Assembly: GCA_030141605.1 (NCBI GenBank)
Contig: JAQGDQ010000487.1
Location: 62,001 to 126,000, forward strand
Direction of reading: 5' to 3'
Length of the DNA: 64,000 nt
DNA from: Tubiluchus corallicola
Taxonomy: Eukaryota > Animalia > Priapulida
The notes under the pieces were generated by a model. That model saw nothing but the letters and a program-made list of their open reading frames with translations, did not search any database and had not been told where the DNA came from. Below are positions 14,501 through 27,996 of this stretch, piece by piece. Position 1 is the stretch's first letter. Every line of letters begins with the position of its first letter. Both the position numbers and the translations under genes were made by a program.

Positions 14501-17500
14501 TCATTTATTTCCTTCATCGCTTATCGTGGGTGTTTTGCACTCATTGGGAGGTTCTTCTGGTTTATCAAAAGCTGAATCGGGTGGTGCAACCTCTAAGAGT
14601 AATTGTAAACACAGGGTAACACGTCCTAAACGAAAATCACGAAATTTGTTGTTAATGACACAAGTGTATGGATAGTACGTACGTAACATTAGTTGTGAAT
14701 TTTTGACATTCTGTCATGTAGATTAAATTATAATAAGACAATAATGTAGATTTTGTCTGTGGAAACTACCACAAGGTGATCGTGTTTGTTATTCATTAAG
14801 TCAGATGTGCAAGAAATAAAATGATAAGGTTCACAGTCTTCTGCTAAACTAGAAACAACCGAGGCCATGCTTACTTTAACTGTACAATGAATTAAATGCT
14901 TACTCATAAATGACGTTGTCTTGGCATAGTAAACTAAAGGTACATAAAGAATCAACAAGACGACTATAAACATGAGTGCAGTGACATAAAGCCAGTCTGG
15001 ATCAGCTAATATAGGTGCAACAACCAGATATAGGGACACCAACGTCATAAACACTGGTATGAGAAGAGGTACCTGTAACAATGACAAAAATATGAATGTA
15101 GAATATGAATGTTAAAAGAAAGTAAAAACAAAAATTTTATAAAAAAAACATCGCATTAAGTGGCAGTCTACACTTTGTGACTTTGTAGAAAGTAAACTCT
15201 ATTTCAAGTAAGTGAAGTAACAAACATATAAAAAACAGACAACGTTTGCTGTTATTACTCGTAACAAGACATAAGATTATTATAGGGATTTATTATACCT
15301 TTATGGGTCGCTCAATGTCAGGCCTGGTATGCCTCATCACAAGTAATGCCACAATTGCCGATCCATAGACCATCCAAATTAAGAAGCTATTAAAATCGAT
15401 TAGGCTATAAATATCGGCTAGAAGAATCGTAATCAAGCCAACAAACGCCTGAAAAAATAATTAAATTACATTAAATTGAGTGCGGGGGTTGTACCAGTGG
15501 TTGGCACAGTAAAATGTGTAACTTTAGTAGTCAGTATGTTCATAGTCACGAAGTGAAGTTGGGCATCCTTCTTGAAAAATGTTCTTTATCACCTATCTAT
15601 GTGCCTGCCTGTGTATCTGTCTGTTCGTTCATTTATCCATCCACTAATCCATGTAATGTTTGCCTATCAATAATAGTGAACTGCAATTTCTGGTTCTCAG
15701 TATCGTGTCAATCCATTTCTGATCCTGCTCAAGGTAGTAATACTCTGTAACTTCTTGCCCAGCTCTCAATAATGAGTCTGTAGTTTGTGGGTGTTTCTCA
15801 GTAGAGTTGTTTTGCATCAATTGTTTTGTGTAGCACTCAGTATAGGATTAGATTAGATAGTTTATTACACAACACATCACTTAAATTCAATATATAAAAT
15901 ATGTTAATTCATAATATTCAAAAGCAAAGAATTCTGTGAGGAGAAGGGAGGAGCCTAGCTTTCGAGCCCTTCACCCAAGTGTGGAACTACAAGTATCATT
16001 AATAACATTAACACAATTAAAAGATTATATATAAAAGCTTATATAACTACACGAAGCATACAAGTAGCAAAAGCAATTATTCACTTTAAAATTATTTCTA
16101 AAACTCAAGAAGCTTCATGATTCTATTTTCTAGTCCTGCTTTTAGTCTCTGGTCTATCTAGATACTTATTAATTATTTTTATTTAAACAGTCGAGTTTCG
16201 CCTGAAAGTAAATGCTACATGGAAATGTAAAACACTTGCTGCATTGCACATGTTGTACCTAAAGAAGATCCTACATGTAAATTAGTGGTTAGTGTGTGGA
16301 TTGTAATTAATGTATAAAGCACGTAATTATTTTGTTTACGAAAGTACTGTATTGATACACACGGCGCTTCTTCACTTACAGTGTTCTTTATTATCAGTAA
16401 CCTACAAAAACGATTTCACCAAAATGATTGCAAGTGTTTTTGTGCTTGATGTAACTTTTTTCCTCTCGTTACTAAAGCAAGCTCTATTCTAGCGTCGCGT
16501 TCAAACTAAAGTAAATTCGCCAAGTAACTTGCAAGCGTATTCAAACTAGGAGGAAAACGTGCTGTGAGTTACACTCCTAGGACCACGATTCGCTGTCAGA
16601 AATTTCCCGAGGCGTTCACACTAGACTGTAAATCAAATCGCATCAATTACAATTTATACCGTTGCCATGACGCCTGGTGAGGGTGTATATCTTGTCACAT
16701 GCACGTAGGAGAGAAATCTTGGGAAAAGGCTATCCCTGCCTGCTACGTTTGCAATCCGTGCAGCGCTGAAGCACAATCCATTGGCAGAACCAAACGTTGA
16801 GAAACATACAGATACTGGTATTATCCATGACATTACACCCAGCATCTCATCGGCCCAAGTCTAAAATTAGAAAAAATGGCAAACGATAAATTTTGACATT
16901 AAACTGACAAAATTAATGAAACCATGTCAAAACGCCCAGACATCAATGACAAACTGGGATTATTATCTGCCATTGCAAAAGTGTGACAGCACTGGCCACA
17001 ACAAAATGGGTACATAGTACTCGGACAAATACCGCTTGCGAATCTTATTGTTGCAGTGGTACAATGAATAATGACGTTTCCAAAAAGGTCTTTTTTGCGT
17101 TGGCGGTCACTCCTATGTTCAAATTTTTCACCAGTATGGGAGTTTGGGAAGTGAATTAAGGATTGTTCAAAAAGTGGGCGCATTTAAGTTATGTGGAATT
17201 GGTCAAAATGTCAAAATTTGGGCAAATAAAGGACGAAAGTCAACAAACAAGTTTTTCTTCCGTTATTACGCAGTAGAAATTACAGTGCTCAGTCTTTCAT
17301 TCATGTTCAAGTTGCATTGTGATTACTGTTCATGCTACAGTTCAAATTATCTTTCAGAATTTTCAATTTATGATTGTGTGTTTTAATTTTAGTGTTAATG
17401 AGACAAAGAAACAGAGAAATAGACACACACGAACACAGAGAGGGTGCGAGTGTGAAAGAGAGAAAAAGAGAGAAAGAGAAGACAGAGAGTAAGAGAAAAA

Positions 17501-20139
17501 AGAGAGAATGCTAGGCATAGCCATTAATTACTGTTGTAATCTAAAAATAGGTACCACGGCGACAGCGTCAGAAGCCAACAATTGTTCTGGTGACATCACT
17601 GTGAAATATGACACATTGGTAAATACATAAAGAAAGGTAACCATTGGTACGCCAATGACGAGTGCCTTTATCAGGTTCCTGTGAACACATCAAGTCAAAT
17701 GATATACATTAGCAAATCATTCAGCTACGGCTGCTTCGAGTTCCCATGTTCTGTCATAACAAAAAAATATAAAACGTACTGAAATAAGCACTTACAACAA
17801 TTTCGCTGACTTTCTTCAGGGTATGCGTATAATCGAGTGATCACGATTCCCGCTTAACGACCAAATTTAATAAATACTGAGGCTGCTCAGTGAATGGACG
17901 GATAATAACCGGTCCAATCTCGTTCTAGGCGGTTTCACTTGCTGTACAGTCCATATCAACAATGGACATTCATCTGGTAAAAGGAGAATGTGCTGACATG
18001 AGCCTAAGACATCTCTGCCGAGTCAGTGTCTATATTATAGAGCACAATCCGTACAAATAAATGAAGTTTTGACAATAAATTTTCAGTTTTAAGATTCTGG
18101 TCCTGCCACAATCATTCAGAAGTATGCCGTGCCACTGAGTGCTGGAGTCTGCTGTGTTGTGAATAGTATAAAACGTTATTTCTGTGTGAATAACAGTCTA
18201 ATGGGCTGAATGAATGTCATTAGGGAAACTACTTATTATTACTGTAATTACTTATTGCCGGTAGCTATAAAAGTTGCTTCAATATTGCTGCCAGTTTGGT
18301 ATATATGAGAAGAACGCTCGTGCATACATGCTTTATATATGTCAGCAATTAGGACTGGCCATAGGTTTAAATTCAGCGTGTGCTCTTTGTAGTGAGTAAG
18401 TTTGCGTGAAAACTGGAAAATAACTAAAATGTCACCTTTTGTGCTGCTTATAAATTTGCAAATACGGCAAAAAGTAAATTAACAATGTCAATATCTTTTC
18501 ACAGGTTAATGCAACTTGTATTTTCATTTACATATTTACTTATAGTTATATAAATATCCTTATAGTAGTACGAATCACATGATCACAAACTTTAATGCCC
18601 TAAGAAAAAACTACATTACCATCACGCCAAACAGTGGTCCAAACAGTTTCTTCCATTTAATTTCACTTAGTGTAAATAGGATGACATAAAATTTGTTATT
18701 TGTCTTGCCAGCATACAAACAGTTTTTGGAAATACCTAGCTACCTAGCTGAGTTATTTTGAGCTAGTTTAAAGCAGCATTCGTAGCCAATTTTGAATTTA
18801 AATCTCCATAACTTTTTTTCGCCAACGTGGATTCCAACGAATGTTGAATACGTTATTCTGTACGACTTTCTGAGTGTCTGTGCAAAAATTCAACTTTACA
18901 CTATTTTTGTCAGGGTAAAAAGTTTTTTTGGGTGGTCAATTTGACTGGACCATACGTGACACTATGGGACTGAAACAAATGCAAATATTTGACGCAAACA
19001 CAAAAGGGCTTACCGCTGCTAACCGCAGGTATAGCAAATGCCGCGACATCTTTTAGCGAAATTTCAAAAGGTTGTTTTTATCCCACGGTTAATTAAGAAC
19101 ATCTAAAAAAAATCACCATTCGCTGCCTGAAACGAAAATACGCTTACAGAAATTCTTACCCTTTATTCTTTAACTCTTCTGTGACGTAATTGGTGTTGTT
19201 CCAGCCGTCGTAGGCTGCCAAGCTGCTGTAGAAGCTTAGTGCGATGTTTGAAATTGACGTGCTCACTTCCGGATCAAATTGATCAAATCCGTTCACAAAG
19301 TGTTGCGTTTTTCCTGAAAAAAGGATCCCTTCGTTGATAACTTAAGACTCGGAAAATTATGGCATAGTCATTTTCTGCGATTTGACCTTATGCACATTCA
19401 ATACAAGGAATAAATAAGTACCCAGATAAGGGACGTTTTTATAACAGAAACATTACAGTGATGCTAAATAAAGTCACAAATCAAGTTCCTCTACCTTCCA
19501 CACTTATGCCGGGCGCCACAATCCATTAATTCAACAAGACTGTAAATTTCAATTATAGTATAAACTCACCTAAAAATAAGTTGACTGCGCCTCCACCTAT
19601 AATTATGAGAAGAGCCAACACCTTGACGAACATAAAAACGTTTTGAAGTCTTGCTGACCATTTGACACCTTGACAGTTAACTCCAGCTATGAGCACTACG
19701 AAGGAAACGGCCATTCAATGTTAAAATTAGCTGTAACAATTAACAACAACAACAACCACAACAACAACAACAACAACAGCAGCAGCAACTATATTAAAAG
19801 TACGTATCAGCTACTGAGACTGGAATTCACAACAAAGATAATGGTGAAAATTGTTACTGCAAAACCAAGCTGGATCTTACGAAATAGCTAAATAACAAGA
19901 ATATTTTTTATTTAGTGGCATAACAAAATAATTCACAAGTTCGTGCCAGATTATTATGAATTAAGCGTCATCCGCAAATGAGACCACAAAAACACCGTTA
20001 AGTCGCATCATATTAGGAGGAGCCATGATAAAAAACAGCTCCGAAAATGAACGACAGAAAAAAGTCACAGAATAAAAGAGGAAGACAGAAATATGACAGA
20101 GAAAGAAAGAGAGAGAGAGAGGGAGAGACAGTGAGAGAA

Positions 20140-20231
<92 letters not shown>

Positions 20232-21727
20232 CAATGAATAGCACTCTGCGTGGACTTAAGAAAACTGACTACACTCACTAGTTTGTCATAATGCAGTAGT
20301 ATGGAAAAATTAGCTTACAATAGAGGGTATGACATGGTTAAGCTGGAGTAAATAATGGACTAGCGGTAAATAGTTCGCACTTATTTGCAGTTGTTTACGA
20401 GTTTTGTTAAATGTACAGACTCGATTTAGTATATGAACTTGAATCTTATTTTTGTCACATTATTAGCAAAACATGTATATGACCGGTTGCGCATATATTA
20501 AACATATTCTATTTTAATAGAGTACGTTTGGATATCTCTAACATTCTATTTTGCATTTCTAATGCACAGCTCGAAGTAGAATAAGCAACTAAAATGATAA
20601 CATTTTTACCTACATAGTAAAATAATAGCTGTCATTTTCAACAAGTAGTTCGGTACAGGGCAATCACCATATATAAATGACAGTCCATAAGTCGCTGTGA
20701 TTTGTGTGAGGGTTGCATAGCTGGTAGCTCTAAGAAGAAAACCCATTATCCATGCCACAAGAAAAGCTGGAATTTTGCCAAGAAATCTGTGCTTTGCACT
20801 TCGCCCAAATGCTTCCATTACGTAACTGTATTCACCGCCCGATAAGGGAATCATGCTTCCAAGTTCAGCATAACAGAGCGCACCTACAGATAATAATAAC
20901 AATACCTTGTGACCAGCAACCGTAGACCTATAGTTAAGGATATCTGCATCGACACTTACAGAGGTTTTCAACTTCTTAAAAGTTATTTTCTCCTCGTTAT
21001 CCACTGAATATTTTTAAAATAGTGTTTGAATATTTTGTGTAGATCAAAACAGGTGATCACATATAACTTTTCATGAATAAAGTAGTTCCAGTAATACAAT
21101 GATATGACGATTATCATTATCATCAAAGAAAAACCTGTAACTGGCAAAATATATCAATAGGCAGGTGCTTCTTGTTGCTAGAACTACTTTGCTATCCTTT
21201 GTTGTTGGCAAGACGCAGCAGTTAATAACATAACTTTGTTTTTAGCCTGCTGGGGAACCATATTGATGTGAGGCTTGCTTGTTTCGTGTGGGATTCTGTT
21301 TTGTTTCAGGTTGGCCCGGTGAACAGTGATGTTGTTAAGGCGTTTTTATCAGCTACATTGCTGGAAGTTATAAACGTAAGAATGCTTTCTTGTTGAAAGA
21401 CAGCAAAGCTTCACCCACAATTGACAACGTTCAAGGATCAACTTTCTCTCTCACTCTCTCTCCTCTGCAAAGACTGCAATAATGATAATTCTCACACATT
21501 ACATGTGAATTCAAACGTTACTCACCAAGCATTGCCAGGACTCCTCCTAACGCCCAAATAACTAAGCACAGTCCAACAGATCCCGTCCTTTGAAGCACAC
21601 TTTTAGGCGTGACAAATATGCCACCTCCAACCATAGTTCCAACAATAAACGCCACTGAGGAGTGCAGACCCAACGTCTTTTTTAATTCGAATCGTTCTGT
21701 TTCTTCGCATGCTTTCTTTTTGCTCAT
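14501..21727 (-). CDS. SLC7 L-type/b(0,+)-type amino acid transporter light chain (APC superfamily), 9 coding exons, ~506 aa
   Basis: Exons (minus): 21727-21526, 20883-20614, 19695-19570, 19313-19160, 17678-17555, 16860-16660, 15448-15299, 15072-14904, 14625-14501. All introns are GT-AG, phases are consistent, and the total is 1521 nt. Motifs: [36 protein letters not shown], extracellular Cys in YGDCPVP (position expected for the heavy-chain disulfide), [39 protein letters not shown]. Confidence 0.92.
15845..16270 (-). mobile_element. Probable LINE (L2/CR1-like) 3' end in an SLC7 intron
   Basis: The minus strand ends in AATAAA plus a (CTAAT)n-like tail, preceded by a GC-rich stem-like segment (gaagggaggagc...gagcccttc). 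The tail architecture matches that at ~40525. Confidence 0.4.
19740..19790. repeat. (AAC)n/(AGC)n microsatellite
   Basis: Direct reading. Confidence 0.85.
20096..20229. repeat. (GA)n microsatellite
   Basis: Direct reading; it explains the spurious SL/RE ORFs. Confidence 0.95.
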
Positions 21728-24258
21728 GTTGGATAACGACGTTCACACTCTTCGTCAGTAGTGCTGCGGTCAGGGCGTACACAGCTGTGCCCAAAAAAAG
21801 AAAAACTCGAACCTCGAAGCAGGTTCACAATTTAAAACTCACGCGCGCGCATTTAACCTTATTATTCAAGTATTAATCCTATGCACCTATGCTTTTATGA
21901 TATTCGTAACGTGAATGTCACGAAATTAATTATACCCAGATATTATCACATGTACTCTGCGGGTTAAATAGATCACAATCATCACGCTATCAGATAGAGC
22001 TTTACACAAGGAACATTATTCGAGCAATATGACGCCATCACAGAACGGGCAGCAGAAAGTTTAGCAACACATATTTTGCTAAAGTCATTTGCAGGGGCCT
22101 TGGTACAAGTAACCAGACACGTAAGTGAACTTCGAACTAAAATAAGCTTCATGACTTAGTACTGTACTGCAGCACCACCATCATAAAGTCAATGTTTAGC
22201 TTATAATAAATTATAATGGGCGCCTCAAAGTAATGTAATGTCACATTATGGTTTACATCATTTTTTAACAAACGAAACAAACACTTTAAAATAGGTACTG
22301 ACGACTAAAACTTTTGAAAATCACATTTGTGGAGAGAAGTGAACTTTTTCTAAAAGCACAATAAGGTCTGTGTTTTCCTCATTTGCATAACCTTAATTTT
22401 TTCAAAGCAGCAGCAGTTTAGATTCGAGTACTTAATTAATTACGATTTTAACGTCCCCGTCATGATGATTTTTAAAAATTAAAAAGATCAAAGCAATTAA
22501 GTGAGCATCCCTGTTTCCCTCCTCTCTTTTTCTCCTCGGTCCTACATCAGTGTCTCCCTTCCACCCACTAATTTGCTCACTTACACCATTCCTCTCTTTC
22601 TGCACCTCCTTCTTTTGCTCATTTTTCCTTACGTCAAATGTGATGAAAATCTATAAAGAATTACACAGTACTTCACAGTCTTCATTGGTAGACTTTTTAT
22701 AGTAACTTTTTACATGAGAATCACCTTCAGCAATGCTAATGATGAAGGAGTATTGACCTTATTGTATAAACTTTTCTCTTGGTGTAGCTGATAAAACATT
22801 CACATGCTGCCTAATCTGTCAAATCGTTTCCTGAAAATATCCGTCTTTCTTGCGGCAAAATGAGTTCAGTACTTACTAATAACTGTGAAGAAAATCACAC
22901 CACAGATACATTAGAGTATAATAATAAGAATAATTCACATTAATGTGCCATCACAATCAAAAACTTTATTTTACTCCAGAAAGTTTGACAGAATAATATA
23001 TTAAAAAGGCTAAATCTTACGAAAATTTTTTCTCATCTACGAAAAAGCAATACACCAAAATAAATTCATAAGACAAGAAAACCAACAATGTTACACAGAA
23101 GGCATGACGTCATCATAACAATAAACGATTAGAAAATGAATATTGTATATTATAATTTAAAGAAACCTATAATTTTTTAGCATCGTTGGCAGGCAGAAAA
23201 TTTTTGTGAGCATAACCCTACACAAGGAATTATCCTGGGTAGTTTCACAATTACACTACTTGCGGGCATATATCCACGGAGTTAACATAGCTAGAATACA
23301 TAATATCCATTGTCTTAATACAGCATAGTTAGCATATGACCAATGAGAGTGAATAAGTCTCAAATAGCAAGTATCTTGAGCAGTTAAGACTAAATATGCT
23401 GCTTCCTGCTCTTGACATTCACAAAAAAGTTGTGGGATGTAGTACAAGCTGTTAAACAGTTAAAGAGCTAATCTAAACTTTTTCACTGCTGCCTCACACT
23501 GTACACGTGAACAGTATAATGAGTATAAGAAAAGATTACATAAAATGTCTATAATTTCTTCATAAAAAACAACCCCTGAGTTTACCTTTCTGAAAAAATG
23601 AGCAAATACAAATTTAATCTACATACAAGAAAAATGACAACAAAGTCCTGTAGTTTGAACTAAAGTGTGTCTATACCTGTATTATGGGTTGCATTTTCTC
23701 ACATTTAGGTTACTGCAAAATTCTATCTGCAATACAACATACTTTTATGATTATATGAGATCTGCATGGTAATTATAATTATATAATTATTATTATAACT
23801 ATTTGTTATAACTGTTAAATCTAATTGTACATAAATATTACTTGTATAACAACTATTAGGCAAGACAAAGTACCAAGATATAAATGATTAATATTAACTC
23901 ATCTGCATTAAGACATTTCCCATGATGTAATGCTTTAAAGTCATTAGTAGTTAAAAGTGAAAACATATAAATTTAAATTTGCAGATCAAAAACGTTTCAG
24001 TTCAGAAGAGATTAATGAGCTGTACCTAATTAAGTAATTAATACACATTTCCATGATACACAATCTGCTAATCTATTCTTGTTAACTTGTGCAATCCGTC
24101 ACAGTCCTAATCTCAATAACAACCATTGCCCAGAAAAATCACCGGTTTTGATCAAGTGCCATAAGTTAACAATTAAAGACGCAGCTCTACTGCGCTATAT
24201 TCAACACACTAACAAATCAATGCTAAACTCTTCTTAGATTGTTAGACTATATGCCAGA

Positions 24259-26841
24259 TTAGAACATAAAGTAACGCTGAGACAGAGACAGCCTGTTAGC
24301 AGGTGGGCAATCAAGTAGTAACTCCCGCATATGCTCTCTTTCGTCCTCCTCATAAACAAAAACTTTGTAAGACTGAGGATCTACTTTCATTTCTGGACAA
24401 TAATCGTTGAGCACCATATGAGCTTTCTGCAATCCTCTGCACTTACGCACTGATTCCATCTTCTTTTTTATCCCATAGGTTCTCGCTGCTCCGGACTCGG
24501 CGCACACTTGTGAAACGAAGACAACAGAATTATGAGCGACAGATCGGCCGTAAGCTCCGAACTGTTTCCGCTGCTTCACTGGCTCTGGTGTCGGAATTGA
24601 AGCATTCGGCATGCCCATTTGAGCCCAGGCAATCTGACCGCCTTTGATTATGATTTCTGGTTTTGCCCCAAAGTGGTCAGGTCTCCATAAAACGAGATCA
24701 GCCATTTTATCGACTTCGATAGATCCTATTACGTGAGACATGCCATGAGCAATTGCAGGATTTATCGTGTACTTTGCAATATAACGTCGCACTCTCATGT
24801 TATCATTTTCACCTTTTTCATGCTTCAGACGGCCTCGGAATAATTTCATTTTGTCTGCAGTTTGCCAGGTTCTGGTAATTACTTCACCAATTCTTCCCAT
24901 AGCTTGAGAGTCTGAAGATATCATGCTAATAGCTCCCATATCATGAAGAATATCTTCGGCTGCGATGGTCTCGGCACGGATACGTGACTCAGCAAATGCA
25001 ACATCTTCCTTCAAATTCTTGTCTAGATGGTGACAAACCATCAGCATATCTAGATGCTCATCAATAGTGTTCTTTGTGTAGGGTCGAGTTGGGTTAGTAG
25101 AACTTGGGAGCACATTTGGTTCTCCGCACACCCGAATGATGTCAGGTGCGTGGCCGCCACCAGCTCCTTCTGAGTGGTAAGTGTGTATAGTGCGACCTTG
25201 AAAAGCTCTGATAGTATCTTCAACACAAGCAGATTCATTCAGTGTGTCCGTGTGAATCATTACAGGGCAGTCAAATTTTTCAGCCACATTTAAACAGGTG
25301 TCAATGGCTTTGGGAGTAGATCCCCAGTCTTCGTGAAGCTTAAAACCAATGGCACCTGCTCTTAACTGTTCTTCAAGCTCTTCTGCCACTCCACGAGTTC
25401 TAGATGTGTTACCTTTTCCAGTAAATCCAAAATTAAGTGGAAAGGCATCAGTGCTCATAATCATATGTTTGATATGGTTTGGACCAGGAGTGCAAGTAGT
25501 TGCATTTGTACCTGTAGCAGGGCCAGTGCCACCGCCAAACATGGTTGTTATTCCTGAAGCAATGGCGTCTCTCGCTAACTGTGGACAGATAAAATGAACA
25601 TGGCAATCTAAGGCACCTGCTGTTAGTATCAGTCCTTCACCAGCAATTGCTTCAGTGCCGACACCTACGACCATATGCGGCATAACTCCGGCCATTACAT
25701 CAGGATTCCCAGCTTTACCTATACCAGCAATTTTACCATTCTTTATTCCAACATCTGCCTTTACAATTCCCAGTACTGCATCAATAACAAGTGCATTAGT
25801 AATAACAGTATCCAGTGCGATGTAGTTGCTTACCTTTGCTGACTGTCCCATGCCTTCTCTTAGCACTTTCCCACCTCCAAATTTACATTCATCTCCATAC
25901 ACGGTAAAATCCCTTTCTACTTCAATAAGAAGGCTAGTATCCCCTAAGCGTATTTTGTCACGGACAGTTGGACCGTATGTTCTGGCGTACAACTGTTTGG
26001 GCATTGTGCAATGGTAATCAACAGCAGCTTCTTCTGTGCCTTCTTCTGCCTGATGTTCAAACCCAAGTTCTCTAACTTTTTCCATAATTGCTATTATGTT
26101 ATCTGGCTCAACTTGCCCATCACATAAACCATTTCCACCACGGATAATCTTGTCCCCATCAATTTCACACAAAGGCACAGTTTTTGTCTCTCCTGGTTCA
26201 AATCTAATGGCTGTACCAGCAGGGATATTCAACCGGAAACCGTAAGCGTTATGCCGATCAAAGCGAAGAAATCTATTGGTTTCAATAAAGTGGTAGTGAC
26301 TTCCTACTTGTATCGGACGATCGCACATACTCGTGACAGTCAGCATTTTCTTTACCCTACCGTAATTCATCTCGATGCTTCCTTCAGGGCAAATAATTTC
26401 TCCAGGTACAACATCCACAGGTGCATCAACCGATTCTCCCACCGCAGTCTCAGAAGAGCTCGTACTGGTACCAAACACAGCTACATCAGGAACAGGTAGA
26501 AAGCTTCCATAAAGTGCCTGTTCTAGGTTACCGTTTTCCCTGCAGATTGGATTGTGCACCGTAACAAGTTTAGTTCCATCTGCAAACGTTGCTTCCACTT
26601 GCACTTCACGAATCATATCCGATACATTTGGCATTACCTGTCGGTATCCCAATAATTCTCGTCCCTTACTCATTAGATCTGCAACACTGTGTCCATCTCT
26701 GACGTATTCCTGAATTTGGGATGCAATGAGCGCAACAGCTTCAGGGTAGTTCAACTTTAGTCCTCTTGCAAGCCGCTTCTGAGCCAAAAATCCTGCCTGG
26801 TGCACCAAGAGACTTTCCAATTCTCTAGGACTCAACTTCAT
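24259..26841 (-). CDS. ure: Urease (EC 3.5.1.5), single-chain eukaryotic gamma-beta-alpha fusion, intronless CDS, 860 aa
   Basis: Gamma: MKLSPRE...AQKRLARG...[18 protein letters not shown]. Beta: [12 protein letters not shown]...[16 protein letters not shown]. Alpha: [85 protein letters not shown], ending QRYFMF. A splice acceptor (ttttttccag) lies 17 nt upstream of the ATG; candidate polyA signal at 22970-22965. Confidence 0.97.
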   Translation of the reverse strand: MKLSPRELESLLVHQAGFLAQKRLARGLKLNYPEAVALIASQIQEYVRDGHSVADLMSKGRELLGYRQVMPNVSDMIREVQVEATFADGTKLVTVHNPICRENGNLEQALYGSFLPVPDVAVFGTSTSSSETAVGESVDAPVDVVPGEIICPEGSIEMNYGRVKKMLTVTSMCDRPIQVGSHYHFIETNRFLRFDRHNAYGFRLNIPAGTAIRFEPGETKTVPLCEIDGDKIIRGGNGLCDGQVEPDNIIAIMEKVRELGFEHQAEEGTEEAAVDYHCTMPKQLYARTYGPTVRDKIRLGDTSLLIEVERDFTVYGDECKFGGGKVLREGMGQSAKVSNYIALDTVITNALVIDAVLGIVKADVGIKNGKIAGIGKAGNPDVMAGVMPHMVVGVGTEAIAGEGLILTAGALDCHVHFICPQLARDAIASGITTMFGGGTGPATGTNATTCTPGPNHIKHMIMSTDAFPLNFGFTGKGNTSRTRGVAEELEEQLRAGAIGFKLHEDWGSTPKAIDTCLNVAEKFDCPVMIHTDTLNESACVEDTIRAFQGRTIHTYHSEGAGGGHAPDIIRVCGEPNVLPSSTNPTRPYTKNTIDEHLDMLMVCHHLDKNLKEDVAFAESRIRAETIAAEDILHDMGAISMISSDSQAMGRIGEVITRTWQTADKMKLFRGRLKHEKGENDNMRVRRYIAKYTINPAIAHGMSHVIGSIEVDKMADLVLWRPDHFGAKPEIIIKGGQIAWAQMGMPNASIPTPEPVKQRKQFGAYGRSVAHNSVVFVSQVCAESGAARTYGIKKKMESVRKCRGLQKAHMVLNDYCPEMKVDPQSYKVFVYEEDEREHMRELLLDCPPANRLSLSQRYFMF

Positions 26842-27996
26842 CTTGAGAAGTTATTTAACTGGAAAAAATATAGAAAGAATCATGTGAAATGGTTGTGGTG
26901 AAATTGAAGCTTGGATCATTATCAAGGTAATAGCTCCTAGACAGACAGATACAAAGTAAACCGGCAGAGGTATCTTAACCATTCCAAGTACAGAACCAGG
27001 TGACGACCCATCTAGTCACAGATAACTTCACCATCATTCTTGGCTTGGTTGCCACTCATCTCATGACCACTTGACTATTTATTGCCTCAAAACGTTATCT
27101 ATGTTTATAGTCATAAGGTGTATAGCGGGTGTCACTTTATGCACACACATATCTATTCTGTAATGATATTCTCATCAATTACTTCTAAGTAGTAAACACG
27201 TAGCAGAGCACAGTCAGCTACATGTGTAGCAAGGCAGCATCAAATGAAGAAGTAGTAAAGTGTGTTTTGCTTTTCTGATAATTTTTTAATTTAAAAAATT
27301 TCAATGCTAAGCTATGAGTTATAGAACCTATTAATTGAAACTTTCAATGCCAAGAAATAAAAATCTGATCGGTGTACTTTGCTGTTTTGGCTACACCAAC
27401 ATAGCTACTATTGTCTAGAGTCTACTTGTAACTTGCATTTATCAAAGACAGTTCTACAGTTCTCTTTTTTTATACATTTCAACACTCTGCACATTTAAAT
27501 TGTAATAGTTAACCGCTGTCTTAGATGGGTTTTAATGGGAACAGAACTTTGCTCATTATGAATGATAATCATCCAATGATGAGATACTGAATCCATGAAG
27601 ACAAAGATAACTTAACCATGATCTAATGGGTATACAATGTCCCTCAATGAGGAAATAAGATTAGCATGTGGTAGAACCGTAGAGTAGCAGATGAAACAAC
27701 TCAGATAAAACAATTACTCTTTTGGGTGGCCTATGCATTAAGCGGTGGTGTTTTCACCTTGTACAGGTCTCCCAGGTCAATTTATTGAGTTGCATCCTTT
27801 TACTGATGTGTCAATTTGTTATGTCTAAAATAATAAATATCAGAAGCTTTCTTCTTGGCAATCACCTATCTATTTACTAACTGTTGTAATTGTTTAACTG
27901 CTACGTGCTTTATTGTCTTCATTATTATTTACAGGCAGATTCACTATAAATATGTATGCAACTGAAGAAATGTGTGGCTCAACTGGCAATTAGAAA

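Noticed and set aside
24259-26841. Bacterial contamination or recent bacterial HGT of urease
   Set aside because: The fused single-chain plant/fungal-type architecture, the absence of a ureD/E/F/G operon, the spliceosomal acceptor before the ATG and the host-like AT-rich flanks all argue against it.
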